Origin: Octopus sinensis
Lineage: Eukaryota
Assembly (NCBI RefSeq): GCF_006345805.1
Contig: NW_021833109.1
Location: 1-58,237 of the forward strand
Direction of reading: 5' to 3'
DNA: 58,237 bases
Part shown: positions 24,835-36,869 of the stretch, piece by piece
Layout: each line of letters opens with the position of its first letter
How positions within the stretch are numbered: the first letter of the stretch is position 1
The notes under the pieces: model-generated
What the model saw: the letters and a program-made list of their open reading frames with translations, nothing else
Databases searched by the model: none
Told to the model about the DNA's origin: nothing
Made by a program: the position numbers and the translations under genes

Positions 24835-25120
24835 CATCATCATCATCATCGTTTAACGTCCGTTCTCCATGCTAGCATGGGTTGGACGGTTCGACCGGGG
24901 ATCTGGGAAGCCAGAAGGCTGCACCAGGCTCTGGTCTTATCTGGCAATGTTTCTACAGCTGGATGCCCTTCCTAACGCCAACCACTCCGCGAGTGTAGTG
25001 GGTGCTTTTTACGTGCCACCTGCACTGGAGCCAGGCGAGGCTGGCATCGCCACGGTCAGATTGGTGCATTTTACGTGCCACCTGCACGGAAGCCAGTCGA
25101 GGCGGCACTGGCTTCGGCCA
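24835..25120 (-). mobile_element. RTE-type LINE 3' end
   Basis: (CAT)n-CGTTTAACGTCCGTTCTCCATGCTAGC... matches 35690 onward. Confidence 0.85.
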
Positions 25121-25199
25121 ACATCTATCTATCTATCTATATATATATATATATAATATATAAATATAAAAAATTATGTATGAATATATATATATATAA

Positions 25200-25652
25200 T
25201 AATAATAGGGAATATAATTCCAAACTTACAGGGAAAAATTCAATTTAGCAATTCTAAATCAAATTTCACAATATATAATATATGAATATAATTAAGAGAA
25301 ATAACTTCTATTAAGTAATTCAATAGTGAAAGACTTTATCTACACCATAGAGAAAAAATTTTGAATATACTATCATCATCATTATTCAAAAAATCACTAA
25401 ATTAAATAAACATTAAATTGACTACGCGCGTTTCCTGACTATATCTTTAAATTAATAATAATAAAATCAATACTTTTAAATTAGTTTGCTTTAAAAATAT
25501 AGCCATGAAACACATGTAGTCAATTTAATATTTATTTAATTAAGTGATTTTTTGAATAATATTTATTATAGTATATTTAAAATTATTTCTATATGGTGTA
25601 GATAATGTCTTTCACTATTGAATGACTTAATAGAGGTTATTTCTCTTAATTA
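25200..25652. repeat. Fold-back element (arms ~25290-25425 and 25516-25651) with two outward-reading hammerhead 3' halves
   Basis: Imperfect ~135-bp inverted arms. Minus strand GAAAC GCGC GTA GTCAA at 25418-25434; plus strand GAAAC ACAT GTA GTCAA at 25507-25523. Confidence 0.75.
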
Positions 25653-25970
25653 TATATATATATATATATATGTGTGTGTACTTATGTATGCATATATTTA
25701 CACACATACATTTGAGTGCCTTCCATAAATTTTCCATGAAATAATTTTTATTTGAAGGAATCTTGGTCAAATCAAATCTCTGGTAGAATAACAAATATGT
25801 TATTTTATCACAAAAATATGCCTAATTTCTCAGTGGGATTTGAATATAGCACTACAAGATCCAAAGAAAAATTCTAAACCAAATTTTCTGGGATTTACAA
25901 TTAATTAAAAATAAATGGCAAATATTCATTTTTCTTCAAATGCTCTGTTTAAGTTTCAATCATTCTGCTT

Positions 25971-26016
<46 letters not shown>

Positions 26017-26164
26017 CTCTGTCTGTCCGTTTGATTGTCTGTCTGTCTGATTGTCTGTCTGTCTGTCTGTCTCTTTCTATCTGCTTGCCCGTCTGTCTAA
26101 CTGCCTGCTTGTCTGTCTGTCTCACTCTCTCTGTCTGTCTCTGTCTCTTTGTCTCTGTCTGTCT

Positions 26165-26275
26165 GTCTGTCTTTCATAAACAACCTTGTTTGGACTTGTG
26201 CCTTGGAGGGCAACTTTCTAGGTTTAATCGCAGGGTTATTCTTGAACGAAGGAGGTCTTTACCCTTTTGCTATGA
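26165..26275 (+). mobile_element. SINE family B 3' tail fragment
   Basis: CATAAACAACCTTG...GGAGGTCTTTACCCTTT matches the tail at 43518-43620 (reverse complement). Confidence 0.7.
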
Positions 26276-26629
26276 TGCTGACAATGATGATGATGATGAT
26301 GAAGATGATGATGGTGAAGGTAGTGGTGGTGATGATGATGATGGTGCTATTGGTAGATGATGATGCCACCAGTAGGTAGGTGATGACAATGATGACAATG
26401 ATGAGGGTACCATAAACCAATGGACAATGATCTCTTAGCTCAAGATTCCAAGAATGATGACATTGGCTCAGACAATAGAATGTCCTGGAATCTGAAGTGA
26501 ATTTAGAAGTTCTGTCTCTATCTCAGCTATTTATTCCTAGACTTACCTCAAATCAATAATTTCTCATCTTTTAATTATTGCAGAAATTTATCAAAGTTGG
26601 TAAAGAGTAGACAGACAGACAGACAAGCA

Positions 26630-26672
26630 AGCGCAGCAGCCAGCAGCAGCAGCAGCAGCAGCAGCAAGCAGC

Positions 26673-26708
<36 letters not shown>

Positions 26709-26822
26709 CAACAACAACAACAACAACAACAACAACAAACACACAACAGGCAGCAGCAGCAGCAGCAGCAACAGCAGAAGCAGCAGCAGTGCAGCAGCAG
26801 CAGCCAGCAGCAGCAGCACACA

Positions 26823-26854
<32 letters not shown>

Positions 26855-26855
26855 G

Positions 26856-26887
<32 letters not shown>

Positions 26888-27083
26888 GCAGCAACAACAG
26901 CAGCAGCAGTAGTAGCAGCAGCAGCAACAACAGCAGCAGCAGTAGTAGCAGCAACAACAACAACAGCAGTAGTAGTAGTAGTAGTAGCAGCAGCAGCAGC
27001 AGTAGCAACAACAACACCAGCAGTAGTAGCAGTAGCAGCAACAACAACAATAGCAGCAGCAGCAACAACAACAACAACAACAA

Positions 27084-27125
<42 letters not shown>

Positions 27126-27170
27126 CAGCAGCAGCAACAACAACTACAACGACAACATAAGAACAGCACT
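26630..27170. repeat. Compound (CAG)/(CAA)/(TAG) trinucleotide array
   Basis: Direct observation, ~540 bp. Confidence 0.95.
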
Positions 27171-29232
27171 AATAACAACGACATCAAGAACGAAGACAAC
27201 AGCAAGAACATCAACAATGTAAACAAGAACACCTCAATCACAACAACCAAGAAAAGATGATGTTTTTTTTCTAAGACTTATACTTTTAAATTCTTTGGGG
27301 TTACTTCCTATGGTCTCTAGAAACACAAACTGCTGACTATGACTGTCTGTGTGTCCGTCTGTCTTAAACTGTTTGCCAATCTGTCTGTCTATCATTCTGA
27401 GTCTAACTGCATGTTTGTCTAACTGTCTGTCTATTGTTCTATCTGTCTGCACGTCTGTCTCACACATGTCTGTTATCTCTCTCTCTCTCTCTGTGCCTCT
27501 CTCCTTTTCATACTCTCTTGCTAAGTCACTCTCTTCTACTCTCCCTCTGTCAAGCGCTCTCTTTCTCCACATCCACACCCCTCTCTTCCTCTTTCTCTAA
27601 CATTTTCTCACCCTCTTTGTCTCCTTCACTCTCTCTCTCTCTCTCTCTTTCTTACTCTCTCACACTTATTCTCTCTCTCTCACACACACACACACACTCT
27701 CTCTCTCTCTCTCTCTCCACACCCACACCCCTCTCTTTCTTTCTCCCTCTCTTTGATGCTCTCTGACAGTTTGTCCTCACCCCACTATCCCTCTCACATT
27801 AGCTCACTCACACCACTCTTTCTCTCTCTGTCTCTCCTTCTTTGACATTTTTCTCTCTTATATTCTCTCTCCCACACAAATACACTCGCTCTCTCTCTCT
27901 CTGTCTCTTTCTCTCTCTGTGTCTCTTTTTCTCTCTCTGTCTCTTTTTCTCTCTCTGTCTCTTTCTTTTTCTCTCTCTGTCTCTTTCTTTTTCTCTCTCT
28001 CTCTGTCTCTTTTCCTCCTCCTCCTCCTCCCCATCCTCTTAGCATCTTACCATAAAGCATCTCTATTCTGTTTTTCTATATACACATAAGAGAATCTTCC
28101 AAGGACTTATGCAAATTGGATTGATTCCTTTTCCTAGCTCCAGTCAATGATGTGGAGGCCATACTAGGCAGTGCCTTCAATAGGTTTTCCTTTTTTTTCT
28201 TTTCTGTCAGCCACATTAAGCACCAACAAGTGCAGAACATGTCCACATGTTCAGATGTGACTGTCAGGGTAAAGAGAATTTAAAAGAAATTTTGAAATGG
28301 CATCTCGGGTGTGTGTGTGTGTGTGTGTGTGTGAGATATTTGGGTTTCCAGTGATTGATTCAGGTCATATAGATACTTTGGCTTGGCAATGAGAGCAATT
28401 CTTTCATTATATATTTCACTTAGTAGAGAAAACAGGATGTCGGTGTCATGTAGGTGACAGTTTGTAGGGTTTGAAATTTCAGTGATGATAGTAATAACAT
28501 GGTGAGATAAACCAATTTAGCAGTGTCAGTTACATATCAGTTTGCATGTTGAGCTTCTCTGTGTTGTGCAATTATAGCCATGTGATAATAAGTAGTGGAG
28601 GAAATGATCTCACCGAGGGTAAACAGAATAATATACCCTGAAATTGTACATCACAACAACTATGGCCTATATAGTCAATCACCAACGACATGGACATAAC
28701 AAACACTATATAGATATACCAGCCATTGATACCCAAAAAAGATTTATACCACACATGCACTCTTTCAGGTGTAAGGACAGAAAAAACTGTATGTTTCTGT
28801 TCTGTTTCATCTGGAAACTTCAGAATTATAGAAACAACTTACCCAACATGACATGTAGAGCCCTCGACAGGTTAGAGTTCATAATTGCCTCTATGGAAAA
28901 CAATATACACTACAACAGACTGCAGTAAAAATAACAGGTAAAATAATCTGTCCGATTGTTATCATTAAAGATATACCCTCTTAATGGACTTCAAACCAGT
29001 GGGTGTTGACAACCCAGGATGAAAACCCTAGCCCTACCTAGCCTATGCACAATTTCAAGGTGTGTTTAAGCCCTTCAGCCTGTACAGTAACTAGTTTGAT
29101 AAGTGCTAATGCATGAAACTCTTCGACCTCTCAGAGTAACTGTGAGTCACTTTGTTTTTCTGGTAAATATTAATAAAAATATACATATCCTCATATTTTG
29201 AGTTCTGTATTTCCTGTTTGCATCACCATATA

Positions 29233-29269
<37 letters not shown>

Positions 29270-30160
29270 ACTAGCTTACGGTGACCTGCTCTACGCGCGG
29301 GTAAGAGTGTGGTTGTAACTTTCTGTTGCTTCCTTTCTGTTTTTTATCACCACATTCTCCCTCTTTGTTTCTCTCTCCTTTCTCTCTCACTTTCCCACTC
29401 TCTTTCTCTTCCTTCCTCTCAGACTCTCCCTTGCTTTCCCTTACTCTCTAGCTTTCTCTATCTATCTATCTCTCTCCCATTTATAAACAACAAAAGATCT
29501 TGATTAAGTTGAGAAAGAATATATTTGAAAGATCAATCATAAATATCAGGCAGTAACAATGGAAAGGTCTGATTCAAGGCAGACAGCAAAACACTAACAT
29601 TTAAAAGGGACGGACGAACTTGCGAGCTGAATAAAAATAAAAAAAATATTGGAAACCAAAGTTTGAAGGGATAGAATCTGAGGATAGTAGAGTCACCATG
29701 GCTGGCATTTGTTAACGACGGACAGCAACGTAGTGGCAGTTTAATGGCTGGCATAAAATTTTGAACTTGATGTAAAAGAAAATTCCTAAACACCAAGTTT
29801 TGAAGTGATTCTTTCTCACGACAGTAGACTCACCATGGCAAGCATTCAAAACTTCATCATGGACGGCAACACATTGACGATTTAAGGGCTTGCGCAAATT
29901 TTTTAGCTTGATGTAACAGAGAATTCCTACACACACGCTCCTGTAAATTTTAATCCCCTTCAAGCCCCGTTTAGACCCCTTTTCACATTTTGGTGAATAT
30001 AACCTGATTTTGTTCGGGTCTACTCGAGCCACATTTTATATAAATGAGGAATTTTGTCCTAGAGGTCATGCCTTTCATTTGAGGAAAAAATAGTTGCCAT
30101 GCAAACTCGCCAGTACATAGATGTGCATATTTTCAGCTCAACCGACTACATAATGCACAC
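29270..30160 (+). mobile_element. Helentron/HINE (DINE-1/Lep1-like) non-autonomous element
   Basis: Starts ACTAGC followed by a GC hairpin (ACCTGC..GCGCGGGT). Internal imperfect ~120-bp tandem units. Confidence 0.5.
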
Positions 30161-30162
30161 AT

Positions 30163-30200
<38 letters not shown>

Positions 30201-30429
30201 CACATGTGTGTACGCATTATATATATAAATGTATACAAATTATATCATCATCATCATCATCATCATTTAGCATCCGCTTTTCATGCTAGCATGGGTTGGA
30301 CGGTTCAACTGTGGTCTGAGAAGCCAGTTATATATATATATACTTTGTATATATACATTATATATACATATTTATATATAGAACACACACACACACACAT
30401 ATTAATTAACCCAATAAATATCTGATTCA

Positions 30430-31045
30430 TAATATTTGTTCTCATGATTGTGTGATGGTGGTGGCGATGATAATTCTCTCTATGAATGCAGACAGACGTA
30501 AAGAGAGAGAGAGAGCGCTGATGAAGGCGGCAGGGGAAAGATAGTAGACTTTCCCTCGCTTTCTCTTACTCTCTATCTTTCTCTATCTATCTCTCTCCCA
30601 TTTATAAACAACAAAAGATCTTGAGTAAGTTGAGAAAGAAAATACTTTTACACTTTCTAAACCCTTCGTCGTTATTCTCATTCACTCATTATTACTTTCT
30701 CCCTTCCTTTCACTTTCTCTCTATAACATTATAGAGAGAAAGTGGAGGTAGACGCTGTGAAACGACGTTATAGAGAGAAGGTGAAAGGAAGGGAGGAAAG
30801 AGAGTGAGAGATGGAGGAAGACAGACACAGAAAAGAATGAGAGTAGACTGGTCAAAGTGTGCGTTTTTGGCCCTAGCAACCACACCTTTTAAGATGGGGA
30901 TTTCTAACCTAGCCCACCCGCATCCTCACCTCATTTTACATGTCCCTGTAAATTTTGAAGTCAATCCGACGGGATCTAGTGGCCTTTAACCCGTTCTCAA
31001 TGCCAAAACCAGACAAACTTTTTGCATACATATATATTATATATA
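30430..31045 (+). mobile_element. Related HINE-like segment or 3' end
   Basis: Shares ~80 nt with 29445-29525. Ends ...AAGTCAATCCGAC...CCAGACAAAC..TATATAT. Perfect 15-bp hairpin at 30711-30744. Confidence 0.45.
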
Positions 31046-31159
31046 TAGTATATATATATATATATATATTTATGTATGTATACATATATATGTGTGTGTA
31101 TGTGTGCATGAGTTGTCTAAGAGTGCATATGTCAAGAAAAAGATGCACTTCTATATCTT

Positions 31160-31397
31160 ATTTTATTTCTTTACTACCCACAAGTGGCTACACACAGAGG
31201 GGACAAACAAGGACAGGCAAACAGATTAAGTCGATTATATCGACCCCAGTGCGTAGCTGGTACTTACTTAATTGACTCTGAAAGGATAAAAGGCAAATTC
31301 GACCTCAGCTGAATTTGAACTCAGAACGTAGCGGCAGACGAAATACCGCTAAGCATTTCACCCGGCATGCTAACATTTCTGCCAGCTCGCCACCTTG
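31160..31397 (-). mobile_element. SINE family C
   Basis: Matches 18934-19166. Confidence 0.9.
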
Positions 31398-31404
31398 TAT
31401 ATCT

Positions 31405-31960
31405 GTCAATAGAGTAAGTGTATTATCCAAAATGTACAGTATTATATATCCATCATGGATGATCTTACCAATTGGTTTCACACTAAGAATACAATGGAGT
31501 GTTAGGTAACATGAAAAGTCTCCTAACACAAGCCCGAATACGCTCTTCAACACAGAAGCCAACAGTAAAAAAATGTGGAAGACCCAATTGCGGAATATGC
31601 AATTATCTAATTGAGGGATCAGAGTTCTCCTTCAAACAGGGAGAACGGTTTACAGTGAAAAGCAACTTCACATGTGCTTCAGAGAACCTGATATACACAC
31701 TAACCTGCTCTGGGTGTCAAAAGCAATACATAGGCCAAACAAAAAATAGTTTGCATAAAAGAATGGCCCTGCACAGATCCCTGATAAAAATTCCCCAAAA
31801 CAGAAAAATAGCATTCAGCCAACACATAGATATTTGCGCCAACAACAAAACACCAAACTTCAGGATTTTTCCCCCTCTACCAATTCAGGGACGATACAAC
31901 CTCGAGCCAATGGATAAGTAAAGAAACTCTCTTTATTACAAAATACAGGCCCCTTCTGAA
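31405..31960 (+). mobile_element. Penelope-like element: inverted pseudo-LTR piece (31405-31510) joined to GIY-YIG coding fragment
   Basis: ORF 31499-31921 has CGRPNCGIC and FTCASENLIYTLTCSGCQKQYIGQT...RMALH. Minus strand 31462-31483 reads GTGT GAAAC CAATTG GTA AGAT (hammerhead 3' half). Confidence 0.88.
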
Positions 31961-32109
31961 CGGTCTACGACAAACGATATATCCACCTTTAGAATAACAC
32001 AAATTCACATGCAAATATTACATTCCTAAGAATCCATTAAAATTCAGCCTCAATCACAGCTATAACCCATAATGTGCCAACTTTAAGTCATACAACAACT
32101 CACTACTTC

Positions 32110-32170
32110 CACTCATTCATATTCTCCCTTCTCTTTCTTCTTCTTCTTCATCATCATCATTATCATCATC

Positions 32171-32238
<68 letters not shown>

Positions 32239-32275
32239 CATCTTCTTCTTCTTCTTCTTCTTCTTCTTCTCCCCC
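32110..32275. repeat. (CAT)n/(CTT)n tract, LINE tail-derived
   Basis: Direct observation; abuts the RTE 3' UTR. Confidence 0.85.
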
Positions 32276-32284
32276 TTCTACTTC

Positions 32285-33320
32285 CTAACTTTATCACTAA
32301 TGCTTTTTGGTTTGGTTTCTACGGCTTGATGCTCTTCCTAATACCAACCACTTTACAGAGTATGCTGGGTGCTTTTTATGTGGCACTAGCATGGATGCTT
32401 TTTACATGGACTGGCATGAAGGCTCTTGTAACTCAAAAACCACTTCAGCAGGGAGGGGAGCATTAACAATACTGTTGTAATGGGTGGGTCTTCTCAAGTA
32501 CAACAATATGCCACATATCTCAGCTCTTTGTCATCTTTGCAAGGCAGTGTCCTGAAACCAGCCTTCAATACTTTGTCCCATGTCTTCCTGGGTTTCCTTC
32601 TCTCAGTTGTTCCATCCATTTTAAGTGATTGGCACTTCTTTATGAAGCTATCTACATCCATTCACATCACATGACCAAACCTGTTCATACCTAATCCTTC
32701 TCTCAATACACTAGTGCTCTGTTATGCATGTACATTGACACTGCACATCCATTGCACTTTCTCTGATAGCCTTCCTATTATTTCACTGCATCTCTTGTGT
32801 GTTGATAGCTTGTACTAGCTACACTGTGTTTAGTTCCTACCTACACCTTTCGTGTGTATTGAGCAAGGCCATTTACCTGAAGTGGGCAGAGCCCTGTCTT
32901 TTTCCTTACTGACTAAAACCTTAGTTTTTGCTAAGTTAACCTTAAAGCCCTTCAATTCCAGGTTTTGCTTCCACATCTGGAATTTCTCTTCTAGTCCTGT
33001 TGTAAAATCTATTAGAGCAAGATCATTAGTATATAGTAATTCCCAGGGGCTGCCGGTCTTCAATTCCTCTGTTATGGCCTGGAGGATAATGATGGAAAGA
33101 AGGGGACTGAGAACCAAGCCCTGATGGATGCATACCTATACACCAAATTCATCATTGCATTCATGATTAAATCTCATGTTACTGACAGAACCTCTGTACA
33201 TGACCTGTACAGCTTTCACAAACCACTCGTCTACCACTAGTTTCTTCAGGGCCCACCATATCACACAGTGAGGTATTCTATCAGAAGCTTTCTCTAGATC
33301 AACCAGTGCCAAGTATAACA
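32285..33320 (-). mobile_element. RTE-clade LINE remnant (RT core and 3' UTR, internally deleted)
   Basis: LVDLEKASDRIPHCVIWWAL, VLSPLLSIIILQAITEELKTGSPWELLYTNDL and KVNLAKTKVL. Confidence 0.88.
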
Positions 33321-33329
33321 TATATGTGC

Positions 33330-33570
33330 TTATACAAGTCCGAGCAAGGTTGTTTATGGAAGACTAGCAGTTGCCCATGCATACCAACCTCCCCTCTCCA
33401 TGCCACCGGTGTTGTCCAAAGGAAAGGCAAAGGCCAATGCAGCTTGGCACCAGAGACAATGCAACTCATTTCTACAGCTGTGTGAAATGGAGCAATGTGA
33501 AAATAAAGTGTCTTGCTCAAGGACACAACACACAGCCCAGTCTGGAAACTGAACTCACTTCCTCCATTCA
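33330..33570 (-). mobile_element. SINE family B (head-less)
   Basis: Matches 43560-43800. Confidence 0.85.
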
Positions 33571-33629
33571 ACTGTTTTTTTTTCATATCTAGGACGAAAA
33601 TATGTTTTAAAGAGAGAAATATTCTCTAT

Positions 33630-33668
<39 letters not shown>

Positions 33669-33799
33669 CAGAGAGTTTTGTGAAAATGACAGGTTATGTC
33701 AAAATACAACAAAAGTATTCAATGATGATGATGGTGATGATGATAATGACGACGAAGATGATGACAACAATGACAACGATGATGAAGACAATGATAGTT

Positions 33800-33832
<33 letters not shown>

Positions 33833-34384
33833 CTGTTGGCGGCAGTGGTGGTGATGATGACAATTATATTTTTCCCACCCCCATGGAAAAAAAATTTAAT
33901 CTGTTTTCTACTTCTCTAACTTATATTTAGTTCTTATACATTTATTGTTGTAATATTTATATTCGTATCATGTTTATTACTCGTGTTATATTTAAATCTT
34001 ATTATTTTGTTTTTACAATATCTAATTGTTAAATCTATTTTATGAGAAAAAAAAAAAAATAATAATTCTTAATTTTCTGTCATATCTCTTTGATATTATT
34101 ATTATTATTATTAATGTTGTTGTTGTTGATGTTGCTGTTTATTCATACTGTTATCTATTTATCTTATAAATAACTTCTTGTGTTTCAGCCAATTTCTGTT
34201 TTGTATCTTATAACAGTTGGGAGGTTTGTAGAGTCAGCAAGCACACACCAGCTGAAATAGTGAGCAATGATATTCCAGTTAGAAGAGTCTTTGAATCCCG
34301 GGATCAAATCCTGATGAGGCAAATGTTTCATTTGCTAGGGTTTGTTTTTATATTTTTATATTAGTGTTTTATCTTTTATCATTT

Positions 34385-34900
34385 ACTAGCAGTATCGCCC
34401 GGCGTTGCTCGGGTTTGTAAGGGAAATAACTATATAAGCATTTTTAGAGAGTTACTTCCCTTATAGATGCCAATTCGGGCTTTCTTAGCCATTTCTGTTT
34501 TGGTGTCTTCAAGCCATGAAGTCGTTGTTCTAAAAGAACGCTGGTCTCCTTGACAACGCTTTACGACGTTGATTTCCTTACACTCCCTTCCCCACAGCTT
34601 CACGAGGGAGGGAAGAAGGGGGAGAAGCAACACAGGTGCAGGTGTGACCATGGACGCCAACTCCACCGCCATCGACACACGATAAATTATGCATTAAAAT
34701 GGAATAAAAAATGATGTTAAATTATTTTTAAAATCGTAGACTCATCGTAGACGCGCGCTAATACTCAGACGGACTTGATATGAATCACGACTATAAGATA
34801 CCCGAATTTGGTTAAACTGCACCGCAAAATGTGGGAGTAGTTAGGAATCTAAATCGAAGGGGACAGACACTCACACAACTACAGTTTTATATATATAGAT
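34385..34900 (+). mobile_element. Lep1/HINE-like non-autonomous Helentron element
   Basis: 5' ACTAGCAGTATCG CCCGGC-GTT-GCTCGGG hairpin; 3' GGACAGAC...TTTTATATATATAGAT. Inserted after TT. Confidence 0.65.
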
Positions 34901-35341
34901 ATCAGTGATTCCATTCCCACTGGTGAGTCCTGGGAAAACTGTACTGGGACATAATATCATATATATTACTTGTTTCAGTCAGGCTGGAGCGTCACCTTAA
35001 AGGATTTTTTTTAGTTGAAGAAATCGACCCCAGGACTTTGCAAGCCTAGTACTTATTCTATCAGACTCTTTTGCCGAGCTGCTAAGTTATGGGGGCCGGA
35101 AACACACCATCATCAGTTGTCAAGCGATGGTGGGAAAACAGACACAGACACAGACACACACACATAAATATATACATACATATATAGTTTAGCCCACGTG
35201 GGTGGAAGGGGAGGGCAGAAATTCTTCGCTTGCATATTTTGAATTTGTTGGCACTGTTAGTTTGAGCGGATCTTCGGAGGTGAAAAGTCGCCAAAAGGGT
35301 ATGCTCCTACTTTCAGTGTTTACAAGTCCGAATTAAGAAAT

Positions 35342-35403
35342 TTTGAGCTGACGAAAGAAATGTCGAATTGTATTTGGCTGATCTAGAAACGTACGTTCTC
35401 AAA
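35342..35403 (+). ncRNA. Candidate type I hammerhead ribozyme (GUU site)
   Basis: TTTGAG CTGACGA [31 nt] GAAA C GTAC GT T CTCAAA. 6-bp stem I, palindromic ACGTACGT stem III, imperfect stem II with A-A at the base. Confidence 0.55.
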
Positions 35404-35590
35404 TAATCTTTGCACTTGTGATTTTTTAATGTTTTTACCCCCATACCTTCGTGGGTTATTTTGAGTAAACACTATCTGAGAGAAATTTTCTTTAAGTATT
35501 AGAAATGGCTAAAAAAATTTTTTTGCTGCTATTTCTAATGAGTTCAGTATGTGGCAAAGTAATTTATTTTACTAAGCCCTTTATAAATGT

Positions 35591-35638
<48 letters not shown>

Positions 35639-35652
35639 TATGTATATATATA

Positions 35653-35689
<37 letters not shown>

Positions 35690-35691
<2 letters not shown>

Positions 35692-36845
35692 CATCATCAT
35701 CATCATCATCGTTTAACGTCCGTTCTCCATGCTAGCATGGGTTGGACGGTTTGACCGGGGATTTGGGAAGCCAGAAGGCTGCACCAGGCTCCAGTCTTAT
35801 CTGGCAATGTTTCTACAGCTGGATGCCCTTCCTAACGCCAACCACTCCGTGAGTGTAGTGGGTGCTTTTTACGTGCCACCTGCACAGGTGCCAGGCGAGG
35901 CTGGCAATGGCCACGGTCGGATTGGTGTATTTTACATGCCACCGGCACGGAAGCCAGTCGAGGCGGCGCGGCGCTGGCATCGGCCACGAGTCGGATAGTG
36001 CTTTTTATGTACCACCAGACCAGGGATCTTGGCTGGTTCTATTCGATTTCGATTTCGCTTGCCCCAACATGTCTTCGCAAGCAAAGGGGGTTGGCATGGG
36101 TGCCTGTCATCGGATGAGGTTCTATATCGACTTCGCTTGCCTCAACAGGTCTTTGTGTCCAAGGGAGGAAAGGCATTCATAAGTGGGCTGGACTCACTTG
36201 TCCTGCCTGGTCTTCTCACGTACAGCATATTTCCAAAGGTCTTGGTCGCTGGTCATTTCCTCAGTGAGGCCTAAAGTTCGAAGGTCGTGCTTCACCACCT
36301 CGTCCCAGGTTTTCCTGGGTCTACCTCTTCCACGGGTTCCCTCAACTGCTAAGGATTGGCACTTTCTCACACACCTATCTTCATCCATTCTCGCCACATG
36401 ACCATACCAGCGCAATCGTCTCTCTTGCACACCACAACTGATGCTTCTTAGGTACAACATTTCTCTCAAGGTACTAACGCTCTGTCGAGTATGTACACTA
36501 ACATTACACATCCATCGGAGCATACTGGCTTCATTCCTCACGAGCTTATGCATGTCCTCAGCAGTCACGGCCCATGTTTCATTGCCATGTAGCATGGCTG
36601 TTCGTACACATGCATCATACAGTCTGCCTTTTACTCTGAGCGAGAGGCCTTTAGTCACCAGCAGAGGTAAGAGCTCCCTAAACTTTGTCCAGGCTATTCT
36701 TATTCTAGCAGTTACACTTTCAGCGCACCCACCCCCATTACTGACTTGGTCACCTAGATAACGGAAGCTATCAACTACTTCTAGTTTTTCCCCCTGGAAA
36801 GTGACGGAAGTTGTTTTCTGCAGATTTTCAGAGGTTAATGCTCAT
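35690..36845 (-). mobile_element. RTE-clade LINE 3' portion (ORF C-terminus, 3' UTR, (GAT)n tail)
   Basis: ORF 36194-36658 contains KGRLYDACVRTAMLHGNETW, RRLRWYGHVARM and GTRGRGRPRKTW. Confidence 0.93.
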
Positions 36846-36869
36846 ATATATATATATATATATATACAC

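Noticed and set aside
26597-27160. PolyQ/polyA/polyT-like ORF
   Set aside because: Pure triplet array flanked by other microsatellites; no unique coding sequence or splice support.
28211-28268. Possible 58-nt exon (TTTCTGTCAG ... GTAAAG)
   Set aside because: The pyrimidine tract adjoins a decayed SINE tail and only one frame is open; support is too weak.
28560-28930. Possible decayed RT (IPAIDTQKRFIPH resembling DxxKAFDxVPH)
   Set aside because: Single weak motif; cannot be supported without a profile search.
30518-30540. CTGATGAAGGCGGCAGGGGAAAG
   Set aside because: No stem II or stem I pairing.
34311-34340. CTGATGA followed by hairpin GGCAAAT/ATTTGCT
   Set aside because: No GAAA after the stem; the region aligns to a decayed SINE C.
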